The notes: a model not told the origin generated them from the letters alone. DNA of 53,936 nt from Candidatus Binatia bacterium (GCA_039917665.1 JBDSJB010000375.1:1-53936), one strand, 5' to 3'; positions 43,612 to 53,916 are shown, counted from the first letter of the stretch. Numbers and translations are program-made.

Positions 43612-44895
43612 GTGGCTTGGGAATGGATGGTGGGGCTGCGCTACCTGCGCGCCAAACGCTCGGAAGCGTTCATTTCGCTCATCACGATGATTTCGATCGT
43701 CGGCGTGATGATCGGCGTCATGACGCTGAACATCGTGCTCGCGGTGATGACGGGTTTCGAAGAGGATCTGCGCGATCGCATCCTCGGCTTCAATCCGCAC
43801 ATCGTGCTCGTCTCGTACGCGGGCACGATCGCGAACCCGGACGAGATCGTGCAGAAGGTGCGCGACACGCCCGGCGTCGCCGCCGCGGCCCCGCTCATCT
43901 ACAGCCAGGTGATGGTGAGCAGCGGGCAAAGCGTGTCGGGCGTCGTCGTCCGCGGCGTTCCACCCGAGCAAGAAGAAGCCGTGATCGACCTGAAGGCCCA
44001 TATGACGAGCGGCTCGCTCGCCGGCCTCGGGGCTCCGTTCGAGGTGCCGATCGAAGGTACCGACACGGACGCCAACAAGGACGGCCGCGTCGACACGACG
44101 ACGCTCACGGGCATCATCCTCGGCGGGGAGCTCGCGAAACAGCTCGGGCTCGCCCTCGGCGACCCGGTCAGCGTCGTGTCGCCGCTCGGCACTCCGTCAC
44201 CGGTCGGACCGATCCCGAAGGTGAAGCGCTTCGTGCTCGCCGGGACGTTCGACTCCGGCATGTACGACTACGATTCCGGCCTCCTGTATATGGGGCTCGC
44301 CGACGCCCAGAAGTTCTTCGGCCTCGGCAACGCGATCACGGGGGTCGAGATCCGAGTCAACGACCTGTATGCCTCCGAGGACATCGCCCGCCAGCTCGAG
44401 CAGACCCTCGGCACGCCGTACCGGGCCCGCGACTGGATGGAGGTCAACCGCAACCTCTTCCTCGCCTTCAAGCTCGAGAAGGTCGTCTATTTCATCGTCC
44501 TGACGCTCATCGTGCTGGTCGCCGCCTTCAACATCGTCGCGACCCTCATCATGGTCGTGATGGAAAAGCGGAAGGACATCGCCATCCTGAAGTCGATGGG
44601 CGCAACCGATCGGAGCATCGCCCGCATTTTCATGCTGAAGGGCCTGATCATCGGCACCGTCGGCACGCTGCTCGGGGTGATCGGCGGGTACGCCGGCTGT
44701 TGGGTGCTCGCGCGCTACCAATTCGTCGAGCTGCCGAAGGACGTCTTCTACGTCTCGACGCTCCCCGTCCGGGTGTATGGGGAGAACTTCGCGACGGTCG
44801 CGCTGGTGTCGGTCGTCATCTGCCTGCTCGCGACGATTTACCCCGCGCGGCAGGCCGCAGGACTGGCGCCCGTGGAGGTGATCCGCTACGAGTAG
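43612..44895 (+). CDS. lolE: Lipoprotein-releasing ABC transporter permease LolC/E family
   Basis: GLRYLRAKR, AVMTGFE, SGMYDYD, VAAFNIV, EKRKDIAILKSMGA, YPARQAA...EVIRYE. Confidence 0.92.
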   Translation: MAWEWMVGLRYLRAKRSEAFISLITMISIVGVMIGVMTLNIVLAVMTGFEEDLRDRILGFNPHIVLVSYAGTIANPDEIVQKVRDTPGVAAAAPLIYSQVMVSSGQSVSGVVVRGVPPEQEEAVIDLKAHMTSGSLAGLGAPFEVPIEGTDTDANKDGRVDTTTLTGIILGGELAKQLGLALGDPVSVVSPLGTPSPVGPIPKVKRFVLAGTFDSGMYDYDSGLLYMGLADAQKFFGLGNAITGVEIRVNDLYASEDIARQLEQTLGTPYRARDWMEVNRNLFLAFKLEKVVYFIVLTLIVLVAAFNIVATLIMVVMEKRKDIAILKSMGATDRSIARIFMLKGLIIGTVGTLLGVIGGYAGCWVLARYQFVELPKDVFYVSTLPVRVYGENFATVALVSVVICLLATIYPARQAAGLAPVEVIRYE

Positions 44896-44901
44896 GCGCC
44901 A

Positions 44902-45591
44902 TTGATTGCCCTCCGGAACCTCTCCAAGGAGTACGTCGATGGTCCGCGCGTGGTGCGGGTGCTCACCGATCTCGACCTCGAGATCGGCGCAGGCGAGCGG
45001 GTGGCGATCGTGGGGGAGTCCGGAGTGGGAAAGAGTACGTTGCTCCACATTCTGGGCACGCTCGATCGGCCGACGGGGGGCGAGGTGTGGTTCGACGGTG
45101 ACAATCTCACGAGCAAGAGCGATCGCGACCTCGCGCAATTCCGCAATCGGGAAATCGGGTTCATCTTTCAATTCCATCACCTGCTGCCGGATTTCACGGC
45201 GCTCGAGAACGTCATGATGCCGGCTCTCATCGCAGGCACCGCCACCGAGGCCGCGCGCCGTCGCGCCACCGCGTTGCTCGAACGCGTCGGTCTCGCGGAG
45301 CGGCTCGATCACAGGCCGGGCGAGCTCTCGGGCGGCGAGCAGCAACGCGTCGCCGTTGCGCGCGCGATCGTGCAGGAGCCGCGCGCCGTCCTTGCCGACG
45401 AGCCGACCGGCAACCTCGATCCGGTGACGGGTGAAGGCGTGCAGAGTCTTTTGATGGAGCTCAATCGCGAGCGCGCCATCACGCTCGTCGTCGTGACGCA
45501 CAGCGTGAGCCTCGCGGGCGCGATGGATCGAACGCTGCGGCTGACCGCCGGTCGGATCGTCTCCGACGTGGCGCACGCGGCTGCCGTTTGA
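44902..45591 (+). CDS. lolD: Lipoprotein-releasing ABC transporter ATPase LolD
   Basis: [41 protein letters not shown]; TTG start. Confidence 0.93.
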   Translation: MIALRNLSKEYVDGPRVVRVLTDLDLEIGAGERVAIVGESGVGKSTLLHILGTLDRPTGGEVWFDGDNLTSKSDRDLAQFRNREIGFIFQFHHLLPDFTALENVMMPALIAGTATEAARRRATALLERVGLAERLDHRPGELSGGEQQRVAVARAIVQEPRAVLADEPTGNLDPVTGEGVQSLLMELNRERAITLVVVTHSVSLAGAMDRTLRLTAGRIVSDVAHAAAV

Positions 45592-45616
45592 GATGCGCAA
45601 GCGTGGGGAGGTGGGG

Positions 45617-48019
45617 ATGCGGAGGTTTCTGATCGTGCCGGCTCTTCTGGCGTGGTCGCTCGCCGGCATCGGCGTGGCGACGCCCGTTGCAGCGCGGCCA
45701 CCCACGGTGAAGTCGCCGCCGGCCAAGGCGCCCGCGACCAGAGTCGCGGCGCACGGCGAAGGCATCGCCGCCGTCCGCGTCGAGGGCAACGCTCGCGTCG
45801 ACGAGGAAGCGATTCGCATCCACATCCAGAGCCGCGTCGGGCAGCCGCTCGATCGCGCGATGATCGACACCGACGTTCGCGCCATCTACGCGATGGGCTT
45901 CTTCGAGAACGTCGAGGTCGAACGCCGCGAGGAATCGATCGGCCACGTCCTGGTCTTCACCGTGCGCGAGCGGCCGCAAATCTCGACCGTCGCGATCGAA
46001 GGCACCAAGAAGCTCCGCAGCGAAGACGTCGAGGCTGCGCTCAAAGTGCGTCCGCACACCATCCTCGACGCCGAGAAGATGCGGAAGGGCGTCGCCGACG
46101 CCAAGAAGCTGTACGAGGAAAAGGGTTACCTCGACGCCACCATCACGCCCAAGATTGAGCCCGGTGCTGCCGGTGCGAACGAGATCGCGCTCACCTACGT
46201 CGTCGACGAAGGCAAGATCGTCCGCATCCAGGAGATCGAGATCGAGGGCAACACCGCGTTCAGCGACCGCAAGCTGAAGCGCGTGATGACCACCAGCGAG
46301 GAGAATCTGATCTCGCGCTTCACCGGCGCCGGCGTCTTGAACGCCGACGCTTTGAAGACGGACACCGAGCGCCTCACGGCGTTCTACTACGACGACGGCT
46401 ACATCACCGTCCGCGTCGACGAGCCCAAGGTCGAGCGCCGCGACAACGGCCTCTACGTCACGATCAAGGTCGCCGAGGGCGATCAGTTCAAGGTCGGCGC
46501 CATCAGCTTCAAGGGCGACGTCCGCGACGACCTCGAGCTCGACAAGGGCCTCGACCTCACCACGGGCGACACCTTCCGCTCGAGCAAGCTGAGGCAGGAC
46601 ATCCTGAAGGTCACCGACAAGTACGGCGACGTCGGCTACGCGTTCGTGAACATCGAGCCCGACACCGAGATCGACCAGGACCGGAAGGTCGTCGACATCG
46701 CCTACAAGATCGACAAGGGCCCCGAGGTCACGATCGACAAGATCCTGATCACCGGCAACACCAAGACCCGCGACAAGGTCCTGCGCCGAGAGCTCAAGGT
46801 CCAGGAGCAGGAGCGCTTCTCCGGCACCAAGCTCAAGAAGAGCCGCGATTCGCTGAACCGCCTCGGCTTCTTTCAGGAGGTCAACCTCACCACCCAACGT
46901 GGGCGGAGCGAGGAGAAGCTGAATCTCCAGGTCGACGTGAAAGAAGGGCAGACCGGCTCGCTCACCGCGGGCGCCGGATTCAGCTCGGCCGACAGCCTCC
47001 TCTTCAACGCGCGCGTCCAGGAGAACAACCTCTTCGGGCGCGGGCAGCGCGCCGTGTTGAACGCCGACTTCGGCAGCCGCCGCCAGAATTTCATCGCGAG
47101 CTTCACCGAGCCCTGGTTGTTCAACATTCCGCTCAACACGACGGTCGACGGCTTTCGTTGGCGCCTCGACTACGACGACTTCACCCGCGGCGGCACCGGC
47201 GTCGGCGTCCGGATGCTCTACCCGCTGACCGCGCTCGGCTACGAAAAATTCTTCAACACCTGGTCGCTCGACGAGGTCCGCATCGGTGCCGAGTACCGCC
47301 TCGAGGACGCCGAGATCACCGACATCAACCGACGCTCGCCGCCGAGCGTCGTCGCGGAAGAGGGCCGAAGCCTCACCAGCTCGATTCGTCCCATCCTCTC
47401 GCGCAATACGCTCAACAACTTCTTCGATCCGACGCGCGGGTCCGCACAGGAAATCTCGTTCGAATACGCCGGCCTCGGGGGCGAAAGCGATTTCTTCAAG
47501 GTCGACGCCAAGACGCGCCACTACTTCCCGTTCTACAAATCGCCCTCGTGGGGCACGTTCGTCTACTCGATTGGCGGCCAGATCGGCTTCGGCCGCGGTG
47601 ATCGCGGCGACAGCGGGCACGAGCTGCCGCTCTTCGAGCGTTACTTTCCGGGCGGCATCAACTCGGTGCGCGGCTTCAAGACCCGCACCCTCGGTCCGCG
47701 TGAGCCGGTCTTCGAGCCGCAAGGCAACGAGATCAACACCGATCCGATCGGCGGTAGCCGCCAGCTGATCGTCAACAACGAGATCATCTTCCCGATCGTC
47801 GAGCCGCTCGGGCTGAAGGGCGTCGTGTTCTTCGACGCCGGCAACTCGTGGCTCGATGAAGACGGTTGGGACATCACCGACATGCGCTACGCGGCCGGCG
47901 CGGGTGTCCGGTGGCAATCGCCGCTCGGACCGATCCGTATCGAATTCGGCATTCCACTCAACAAGAAGCGGGACGACAAGACGTCCGTCGTGCTCTTCTC
48001 GTTCGGCGCTCCCCTCTAA
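45617..48019 (+). CDS. bamA: Outer membrane protein assembly factor BamA (start 45593 or 45617)
   Basis: Signal peptide, POTRA repeats ([13 protein letters not shown]), [29 protein letters not shown]. Confidence 0.96.
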   Translation: MRRFLIVPALLAWSLAGIGVATPVAARPPTVKSPPAKAPATRVAAHGEGIAAVRVEGNARVDEEAIRIHIQSRVGQPLDRAMIDTDVRAIYAMGFFENVEVERREESIGHVLVFTVRERPQISTVAIEGTKKLRSEDVEAALKVRPHTILDAEKMRKGVADAKKLYEEKGYLDATITPKIEPGAAGANEIALTYVVDEGKIVRIQEIEIEGNTAFSDRKLKRVMTTSEENLISRFTGAGVLNADALKTDTERLTAFYYDDGYITVRVDEPKVERRDNGLYVTIKVAEGDQFKVGAISFKGDVRDDLELDKGLDLTTGDTFRSSKLRQDILKVTDKYGDVGYAFVNIEPDTEIDQDRKVVDIAYKIDKGPEVTIDKILITGNTKTRDKVLRRELKVQEQERFSGTKLKKSRDSLNRLGFFQEVNLTTQRGRSEEKLNLQVDVKEGQTGSLTAGAGFSSADSLLFNARVQENNLFGRGQRAVLNADFGSRRQNFIASFTEPWLFNIPLNTTVDGFRWRLDYDDFTRGGTGVGVRMLYPLTALGYEKFFNTWSLDEVRIGAEYRLEDAEITDINRRSPPSVVAEEGRSLTSSIRPILSRNTLNNFFDPTRGSAQEISFEYAGLGGESDFFKVDAKTRHYFPFYKSPSWGTFVYSIGGQIGFGRGDRGDSGHELPLFERYFPGGINSVRGFKTRTLGPREPVFEPQGNEINTDPIGGSRQLIVNNEIIFPIVEPLGLKGVVFFDAGNSWLDEDGWDITDMRYAAGAGVRWQSPLGPIRIEFGIPLNKKRDDKTSVVLFSFGAPL

Positions 48020-48051
48020 GCGCTACCAACCGTCGCAAGGAGACGACCCAC

Positions 48052-48579
48052 ATGACGCGTTTCACCCGTTTGACCCTGACGTGCTCGATGATGCTGGCAC
48101 TCGCGCTGCCGGCACTTCCGACGGTCGCGGCCGACTTCAAGGTCGGCATCGTCGACCTGCAGCGCGCTCTGAACGAATCGTCGTCGGGTAAGAAGGCGAA
48201 AGACCAGTTCAAGGGCGAGTTCGAGAAAATGCAGAACGGCCTGAAGAGCGAGAAGGATTCGCTCGATCGCCTGAAGGAAGACCTCGACAAGAAGAGCGCC
48301 GTGCTGAACGACGATCAGCGCAAGACCAAGATGGAGGATTTCGAGCGCCGCCGTCGCGATCTACGCCGCAAGCTCGAGGATTCCGACGCGGAGCTCCGCA
48401 AGAAGGACCAGGAGCTCACCGGCAGCATCCTGAAGGACCTCGCCGTCGTGATCCAGGAGATCGGCGAGCGCGAGGGCTACACCGTGATCCTCGAGAACTC
48501 GAGCAGCTCCGTGCTCTACGGGTCGAAGTCGATCGACATCACCGAGTCGGTCATCAAGGCCTTCGACGCGAAGCACTGA
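48052..48579 (+). CDS. skp: Periplasmic chaperone Skp/OmpH
   Basis: AAGGAG SD, signal peptide, KVGIVDLQRAL, coiled coil, DITESVI; follows bamA. Confidence 0.92.
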   Translation: MTRFTRLTLTCSMMLALALPALPTVAADFKVGIVDLQRALNESSSGKKAKDQFKGEFEKMQNGLKSEKDSLDRLKEDLDKKSAVLNDDQRKTKMEDFERRRRDLRRKLEDSDAELRKKDQELTGSILKDLAVVIQEIGEREGYTVILENSSSSVLYGSKSIDITESVIKAFDAKH

Positions 48580-48599
48580 GTTGGCGCGAGTCACGCGCC

Positions 48600-49898
48600 A
48601 TGCGTGACAACGGCAACGCAGAGCCGGGCATGACGACGGACGGGGAGGCGGTGGACGCCGCGCTCCTCGCCCGCCTGCTGCCGCAGCGTTACCCCTTTCG
48701 CCTGATCGACCGCGTCGTCGCCTTCGAGGACGGCGCGCGCCTCGTCGCCCGCAAGGGCGTCACCGCCGGGGAGCCGTTCTTCGCGGGCCATTTTCCGACC
48801 CGACCCGTCATGCCGGGTGTCCTCCTGTGCGAGGCCCTGGCGCAGGCGAGCGCGATCCTGGTCGCGCGTACGACGCCCCCACCAGCCGCTGGCGTTACGC
48901 TGCGGGTGCGCGGCCTCGAGCGCGTCCGCTTTCGGCGCCCCGTCGTGCCCGGTGACGTCCTCGAGCTCGAGGTGCGCGTGATCGCGCGTGAGCCCGGCCG
49001 CTGGCGCTTTCGCGGCCGTGTCCGGGTCGAGACGGCCATCGCCGCCGAGATCGAGTTCCAGGTTGCGGAGATCGCCGCGCCAGCCGGCATCCACGCGACG
49101 GCCGTGATCGCGCCCGGCGCCCGCCTCGGCGTCGACGTCACCGTCGGCCCGTACGCCGTCGTCGGCGCGCACGTCGAGATCGGCGACCGCACGACGATCG
49201 GACCGCACGCGGTGCTCGACGGGCATACGACGATCGGTGTCGCGAACCGCATCTTCCAATTCGCGAGCGTCGGCGCGGAGCCGCAGGATCTGAAGTATCG
49301 CGGCGAGCCGAGCCGTCTCGTCATCGGCGACCGCAACCTGATCCGCGAGTTCGCGACGCTGAACCCCGGCACGACCGGCGGCGGCATGCTCACGAGCGTC
49401 GGTGACGACAACTTGTTCATGAACTACTCCCACGTCGGCCACGACTCGCACGTCGGCAACCGCTGCATCCTCGCCAACAGTTGTGCGCTCGCCGGCCACG
49501 TGACGCTCGAGGACTTCGTGATGGTGGGTGGTCTCGCCGCCGTGCACCAATTCACGCGCATTGGCGAGTCCGCGCTGATTGGCGGCGGCGCGATGGTCAC
49601 GCACGACGTTCCGCCGTTCTGCAACGCCGCCGGCGACCGCGCGCGCATTCGCGGCTTGAACGTGATCGGGCTTCGCCGCCGCGGCTTCGACGCCGCTCGG
49701 ATTCGCCTCATCAAGCAGGCCTACCGAATCGTGTTCGACTCCGACGTGCCGGTTGCCGAGGCGCGCGCCCGCGCCGTGGCCGAGCTCGGCGAGGACGGCG
49801 ACGTCGGCCGCATGCTGGCTTTCATCGCCGCCTCGCAGCGCGGCCTCTGTCCGGCCGGTCGGGCGGGATCGGCGAGCGACGACGATGGCGACGCCTGA
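48600..49898 (+). CDS. lpxA: Fused FabZ (3-hydroxyacyl-ACP dehydratase) - LpxA (UDP-GlcNAc O-acyltransferase)
   Basis: N-term LPQRYPF..IDR, EPFFAGHFP, MPGVLLCEAL, FRRPVVPGD; contiguous with IHATAVI hexapeptide repeats, PQDLKY, SHVGHD, LAGHV, HQF, DVPPF. Confidence 0.9.
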   Translation: MRDNGNAEPGMTTDGEAVDAALLARLLPQRYPFRLIDRVVAFEDGARLVARKGVTAGEPFFAGHFPTRPVMPGVLLCEALAQASAILVARTTPPPAAGVTLRVRGLERVRFRRPVVPGDVLELEVRVIAREPGRWRFRGRVRVETAIAAEIEFQVAEIAAPAGIHATAVIAPGARLGVDVTVGPYAVVGAHVEIGDRTTIGPHAVLDGHTTIGVANRIFQFASVGAEPQDLKYRGEPSRLVIGDRNLIREFATLNPGTTGGGMLTSVGDDNLFMNYSHVGHDSHVGNRCILANSCALAGHVTLEDFVMVGGLAAVHQFTRIGESALIGGGAMVTHDVPPFCNAAGDRARIRGLNVIGLRRRGFDAARIRLIKQAYRIVFDSDVPVAEARARAVAELGEDGDVGRMLAFIAASQRGLCPAGRAGSASDDDGDA

Positions 49899-50697
49899 GC
49901 GCATCGGGCTGATCGCCGGGAACGGCCGCTTCCCGTTGCTGTTCGCGGAGGCCGCACGGCGCGCCGGCGTCGAAGTGATCGCCGTCGCCCACCAGAACGA
50001 GACGCCCGACGAGATCGCCAACCTCGTCTCGCAGCTCACCTGGGTCCGTGTGGGCGAGCTCGGGAAGATCATTCGGGTCTTCAAGCAAGCGGGCGTGCAG
50101 CGCGCGGTCATGGCGGGTGGGATTCGGAAGCCCCGCCAGCTCTCCGACTTCCGCCCCGACTTTCGGGGCGCCGCGTTCATCGCAAAGACGCGGAGTCTCC
50201 GCGACGACGTCCTGCTGCGCGGGGTCGCCGCCGAGCTCGAGCACGACGGCATCACGATCGTCGCGTCGACGCTCTTTCTCGGCGACCTCGTGCCATCGGT
50301 CGGCACGCTCACGCGGAAGGCGCCGAAGACCCGCGAGTGGGAAGACATTCGCTTCGGGCTGCAGGTCGCACGCGACGTCGGCCGCTGGGAGATCGGGCAG
50401 AGCGTCGTGGTGAAGCGGCGAACGGTCATCGCCGTCGAAGGGCTCGAGGGCACCGACGTCGCGATCCGGCGCGGCGGCGAGCTCGGCCGCGGCGGCGTCA
50501 CCGTCGTCAAGGTGAGCAAGCCGGGCCAGGATCTCCGTTTCGACGTGCCAGCGGTCGGGCTGACGACGATCGAGGTCATGCGCGAGGTCGGGGCGCGGGT
50601 GCTCGCGCTCGAGGCAGGGAAGACGCTCATGATCGACCGCGAGGAGCTTGTACGTGCGGCCGACAGTGCGGGGATCGCGATCGTCGCGGTCGAGTGA
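49885..50697 (+). CDS. lpxI: UDP-2,3-diacylglucosamine diphosphatase LpxI
   Basis: IGLIAGNGRFP, EIGQSVVV, AVEGLEGTD, KPGQDLRFDVPAVG; directly follows lpxA. Confidence 0.92.
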   Translation: MATPERIGLIAGNGRFPLLFAEAARRAGVEVIAVAHQNETPDEIANLVSQLTWVRVGELGKIIRVFKQAGVQRAVMAGGIRKPRQLSDFRPDFRGAAFIAKTRSLRDDVLLRGVAAELEHDGITIVASTLFLGDLVPSVGTLTRKAPKTREWEDIRFGLQVARDVGRWEIGQSVVVKRRTVIAVEGLEGTDVAIRRGGELGRGGVTVVKVSKPGQDLRFDVPAVGLTTIEVMREVGARVLALEAGKTLMIDREELVRAADSAGIAIVAVE

Positions 50698-50869
50698 TTC
50701 TGCTGCCCCGGGTTGGCCACGACCGCCCAATGGTCTATCTCCTGGAGCGGGCGACGGTGGCGCTTGGGTGCTGGGCGGTGGCGGTTGGGCGCACGTGCCG
50801 ATTTTCCGTTTCGTGCGTGTTTGCCGTGATCGCCCGTGGCGATATCGCAAGCAGACCGCGACGGGAACG

Positions 50870-50885
50870 TGGCATGTGGCTTGCT
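50870..50885 (+). promoter_or_regulatory. Putative sigma54 (-24/-12) promoter
   Basis: TGGCATGTGGCTTGCT matches TGGCAC-N5-TTGCW with exact GG/GC spacing, 32 nt upstream of kinase ATG. Confidence 0.65.
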
Positions 50886-50917
50886 GTTTCGCCCTGCAGG
50901 ATTCTCAGGGCCGACTC

Positions 50918-52708
50918 ATGCGATCCGCGTTCCGACATAGGCTGCTCGATACCGATGCGACGCTCACCCTCGGAGGGATTTCCCCGACCGAGAAGGTGAT
51001 CTCGTTCTGTCGCGTGCTGCTCGCGACCGCGACGTTCGCCATCACGATCGTCGATCCGAAGGCTCCCCTGTGGCCGTCGCTCGCGTACCCGCTCCTCGGG
51101 TCCTACGTCGTGGTCAGCCTGGTGCTCTTCCTTTTGGTCCGAAGTGAGGTCGTTCGCGGCCGCAAAGTCGGCCCGTACTCGGTCGTGCTGGACATGCTGT
51201 TCGGCGTCCTGATCACGCTCCTCACCGAGCGCGGTGCCACGCCGTTCTTCCTGCTCAACCTCTTCGTCATCGCGAGCGTGAGCGTGCGATGGGGCTTCAA
51301 GGCGGCCGCGCCCATGACGATCTTCCTCGCCGGGCTCTACCCGGTGCTGATCTTCGTCGCGAGCCGCTGGCTCGAGCCCGACTTCTTCAGCGTCCAACGC
51401 GCCCACTTTTTCCGCCCGATCTATTTGATCGCCCTCGGCTACCTGATCGCCTATCTCGGCGAGCACGAGCGCCGCTCGAAGCAGAAGCTCGGCGTCATGC
51501 TCGACCTCACCACCGCCATTCGACCCGGGCGCCCGCCGGGCTGGGCGCTCACCCACATCATGCGGCGCATCCTGCACCACTACGACGCGCCGCACGGCGT
51601 GGTCGTGCTGCGCGATCCCGAGAGCCGCCGCTACTTCACCTGGGACATGGATCGCCAGCGCGGGCGGATGCGCCTTTCGCTCCGCATCTCCGAGCACGAT
51701 CCCTATCCACTGCCCTTCGCGAGCTCGACCGAGGCTTTGCTCTGCAACACGGCCGATCCCCGCGGTCTCACGGCCCTCTGTTACGACGTCGTGAGCGGCG
51801 CCACGCAACGGAAGCCGGTTGCCGGGGACGTCGTCACGCCGGGACACGGCGCCGACCAGGCGCTGTTGATGGTGCCGATCCTGATTCAGCGTGAGCTGCG
51901 CGGTCGCGCCATGGTGCTGCGGAAGCGACGGCCGAAGTTCGCGCGGGAGGACATGGAGTTTCTGCTCCTCGTCGTCGGCCAGGCCGCGGCGGCGTTCGAA
52001 GCCGCCCGCTTGCAGGCCAAGGCCGAGGAGGTCGCCGTACTCGAAGAGCGCGCCCGCATCGCGCGCGATCTGCACGATGGCTTCATTCAATCCCTCGCCG
52101 GCATCGATCTCCGCGCCGAGGCCGCGCGCAAGATGATCGAGCGCGATCCCGCCCGCGTCGCCCACGAGCTCGACGAGCTGCAGCAAACGGTCGAGCGCGG
52201 CTACAGCGAGGTGCGGCACTACTTGAACGTGCTCCGGAGCGCGAGCCGCGAGGCACACGATCTGCACGCGACGCTCGAGCAGGTAGCCGCGGAATTCTCG
52301 ATCCGCGAGCGCCTGCGCGTGACGCTCGAGCTGCCGCCGGCCGATCCCGAGCTTCCGCCGTCCACCGCCTACGAGCTGACGCAGATTGTCCGCGAAGCAC
52401 TGCGCAACGCCGTCAAACACGGCGGCGCGAAGACCGCCACCGTCAAGCTCTCGAGCTACGGCGGGCACTGCTCACTCGTCATTCGCGACAACGGCCGCGG
52501 CTTCAAAGCGCCGTCGGGCGCCGTCGGCAACGACGGAGTCGTGCAGCCGAACGCGGTGCCGTGGTCGATCCGGGAGCGCACGGCCGCGCTCAAGGGTACG
52601 CTGCGCGTGCGCAGCGAGGCCGGCGCCGGAGTCGAGATTCACGTCGTGGTACCGGCTCGCGCTCCAGAGCCGCAGCTCGAATCCGTACGTAGGAGGAGGA
52701 TTGCATGA
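50918..52708 (+). CDS. Membrane sensor histidine kinase, HisKA_3 (NarX/DesK) class, with GAF-like region
   Basis: ATG 50918; 5-6 TMs; EERARIARDLHDG H-box; REALRNAVKHG, IRDNGRGF. Confidence 0.9.
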   Translation: MRSAFRHRLLDTDATLTLGGISPTEKVISFCRVLLATATFAITIVDPKAPLWPSLAYPLLGSYVVVSLVLFLLVRSEVVRGRKVGPYSVVLDMLFGVLITLLTERGATPFFLLNLFVIASVSVRWGFKAAAPMTIFLAGLYPVLIFVASRWLEPDFFSVQRAHFFRPIYLIALGYLIAYLGEHERRSKQKLGVMLDLTTAIRPGRPPGWALTHIMRRILHHYDAPHGVVVLRDPESRRYFTWDMDRQRGRMRLSLRISEHDPYPLPFASSTEALLCNTADPRGLTALCYDVVSGATQRKPVAGDVVTPGHGADQALLMVPILIQRELRGRAMVLRKRRPKFAREDMEFLLLVVGQAAAAFEAARLQAKAEEVAVLEERARIARDLHDGFIQSLAGIDLRAEAARKMIERDPARVAHELDELQQTVERGYSEVRHYLNVLRSASREAHDLHATLEQVAAEFSIRERLRVTLELPPADPELPPSTAYELTQIVREALRNAVKHGGAKTATVKLSSYGGHCSLVIRDNGRGFKAPSGAVGNDGVVQPNAVPWSIRERTAALKGTLRVRSEAGAGVEIHVVVPARAPEPQLESVRRRRIA

Positions 52709-53382
52709 TGAACATCCAACCCCGCCGACGCCGCGTCGTCATCGTCGATGATCACACGCTCTTTCGCGACGGCCTCCGCACGATCCTCAGCATGGAGGAC
52801 GATTTCGAGGTCATCGCCGACGTCGAAAGCGCCGAGGACATCGTCGAGCTCATGTGGGAGACGAAACCGGACGTGCTGTTGCTCGACATCCGGATGCCGC
52901 AAGGTAGCGGCCTCGACGCCATTCCGGCCGTCGTTCGCATCAGTCCCAACACGACGGTCATCGTGCTGACCGCATGCGACGAGATGGAAGAGCACGTGCG
53001 TGCCTTCAAGCTCGGCGCCCGCGGCGTCGTCCTGAAAGACTCCGCCCGGCAGACGCTGGTCCAGGCGATTCGCTCCGTGTGCCGAGGCGAGACGTGGATG
53101 GATCCGCGCATGCGCGGCGTCCTGGTGGCCGAGCTCGCGCGGAGCGGCGATGACGGCGACCGCCTCGCCATCGATCGCGACGACGGCCTCACCGACCGCG
53201 AGCTCGAGATCGTCCGACTCGTGGCGGCCGGCAAGAAGAACAAAGAGGTCGCCGAGCTGCTCGCCATCAGTGAGCGCACCGTCCGGACCAACCTGACGAG
53301 CGTGTTTCAGAAGCTCGGGGTGCGCGACCGCATCGGCCTCGTGATGTACGCGCTTCGCCACGGCCTGACGGCCGCGGCCTGA
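52705..53382 (+). CDS. NarL/LuxR family DNA-binding response regulator
   Basis: VDDH, LLDIRMP phospho-Asp, VLKD, LTDRELEIVRLVAAGKKNKEVAELLAISERTV HTH; overlaps kinase stop. Confidence 0.95.
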   Translation: MMNIQPRRRRVVIVDDHTLFRDGLRTILSMEDDFEVIADVESAEDIVELMWETKPDVLLLDIRMPQGSGLDAIPAVVRISPNTTVIVLTACDEMEEHVRAFKLGARGVVLKDSARQTLVQAIRSVCRGETWMDPRMRGVLVAELARSGDDGDRLAIDRDDGLTDRELEIVRLVAAGKKNKEVAELLAISERTVRTNLTSVFQKLGVRDRIGLVMYALRHGLTAAA

Positions 53383-53400
53383 GCCGACCCACGGTGATGC

Positions 53401-53428
53401 CCGTCCGCGCCCGACCCGGCGCGGACGG
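53401..53428. terminator. GC-rich hairpin between convergent genes (possible bidirectional terminator)
   Basis: Perfect 11-bp stem CCGTCCGCGCC / GGCGCGGACGG, 6-nt loop; no U-tract. Confidence 0.5.
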
Positions 53429-53433
53429 CCGTA

Positions 53434-53916
53434 TCATGCCGTCTGTCGCTCCGGGCCTACGCTGATCCCGAGGCGACGATACGCATCGGCCAGCAGCCAG
53501 AGCGGCCCGATCAGGAGAAACTGCACGTCCTCGAAGAACGAAGGCTTCTGGCCTTCGATCGCGTGCCCGATGAACTGCGCGATCCACGTCACCGCGAAGA
53601 CGGCCACGAGCGCGGGCAGGGCCCATGCCCCGAGCGCCGCGAGCCCGGCGTCCAGCGCGGCCATGCCCGGCAGCACGAGCATCAGCATGCCGACCGCGAG
53701 CCCGGGCGAGAGGCGCGTATAGAACGCGAGGGTGCCGACGATCAGGAGCCACGACGCTGGCGGGAGCCAGCTCGCGAGCGCGGCCGTCGGCAGCATGTGC
53801 AAGAAGCCGAGCGCGTCGACCACGATGATCGGCACCGCGATGCGGTGGATCAGCTTGTTCACGGGGTTCTGGTGGCTCGCGCCGTAGGTGTCCAGCCATT
53901 CGTCGATCGTGCGCAT
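53434..53916 (-). CDS. DUF962 / Mpo1-like membrane protein
   Basis: YGASHQNPVNKLIHRIAVP, WIAQFIGHAIEGQKPSFFED, LLIGPLW; AAGGAG SD. Confidence 0.9.
   Translation of the reverse strand: MRTIDEWLDTYGASHQNPVNKLIHRIAVPIIVVDALGFLHMLPTAALASWLPPASWLLIVGTLAFYTRLSPGLAVGMLMLVLPGMAALDAGLAALGAWALPALVAVFAVTWIAQFIGHAIEGQKPSFFEDVQFLLIGPLWLLADAYRRLGISVGPERQTA

Noticed and set aside
45479-47917. Long antisense ORFs (also 22403-24481, 48591-50720, 36820-38334, 16610-18019 and others)
   Set aside because: Expected shadows of high-GC3 coding strands; no recognisable motifs or start signals
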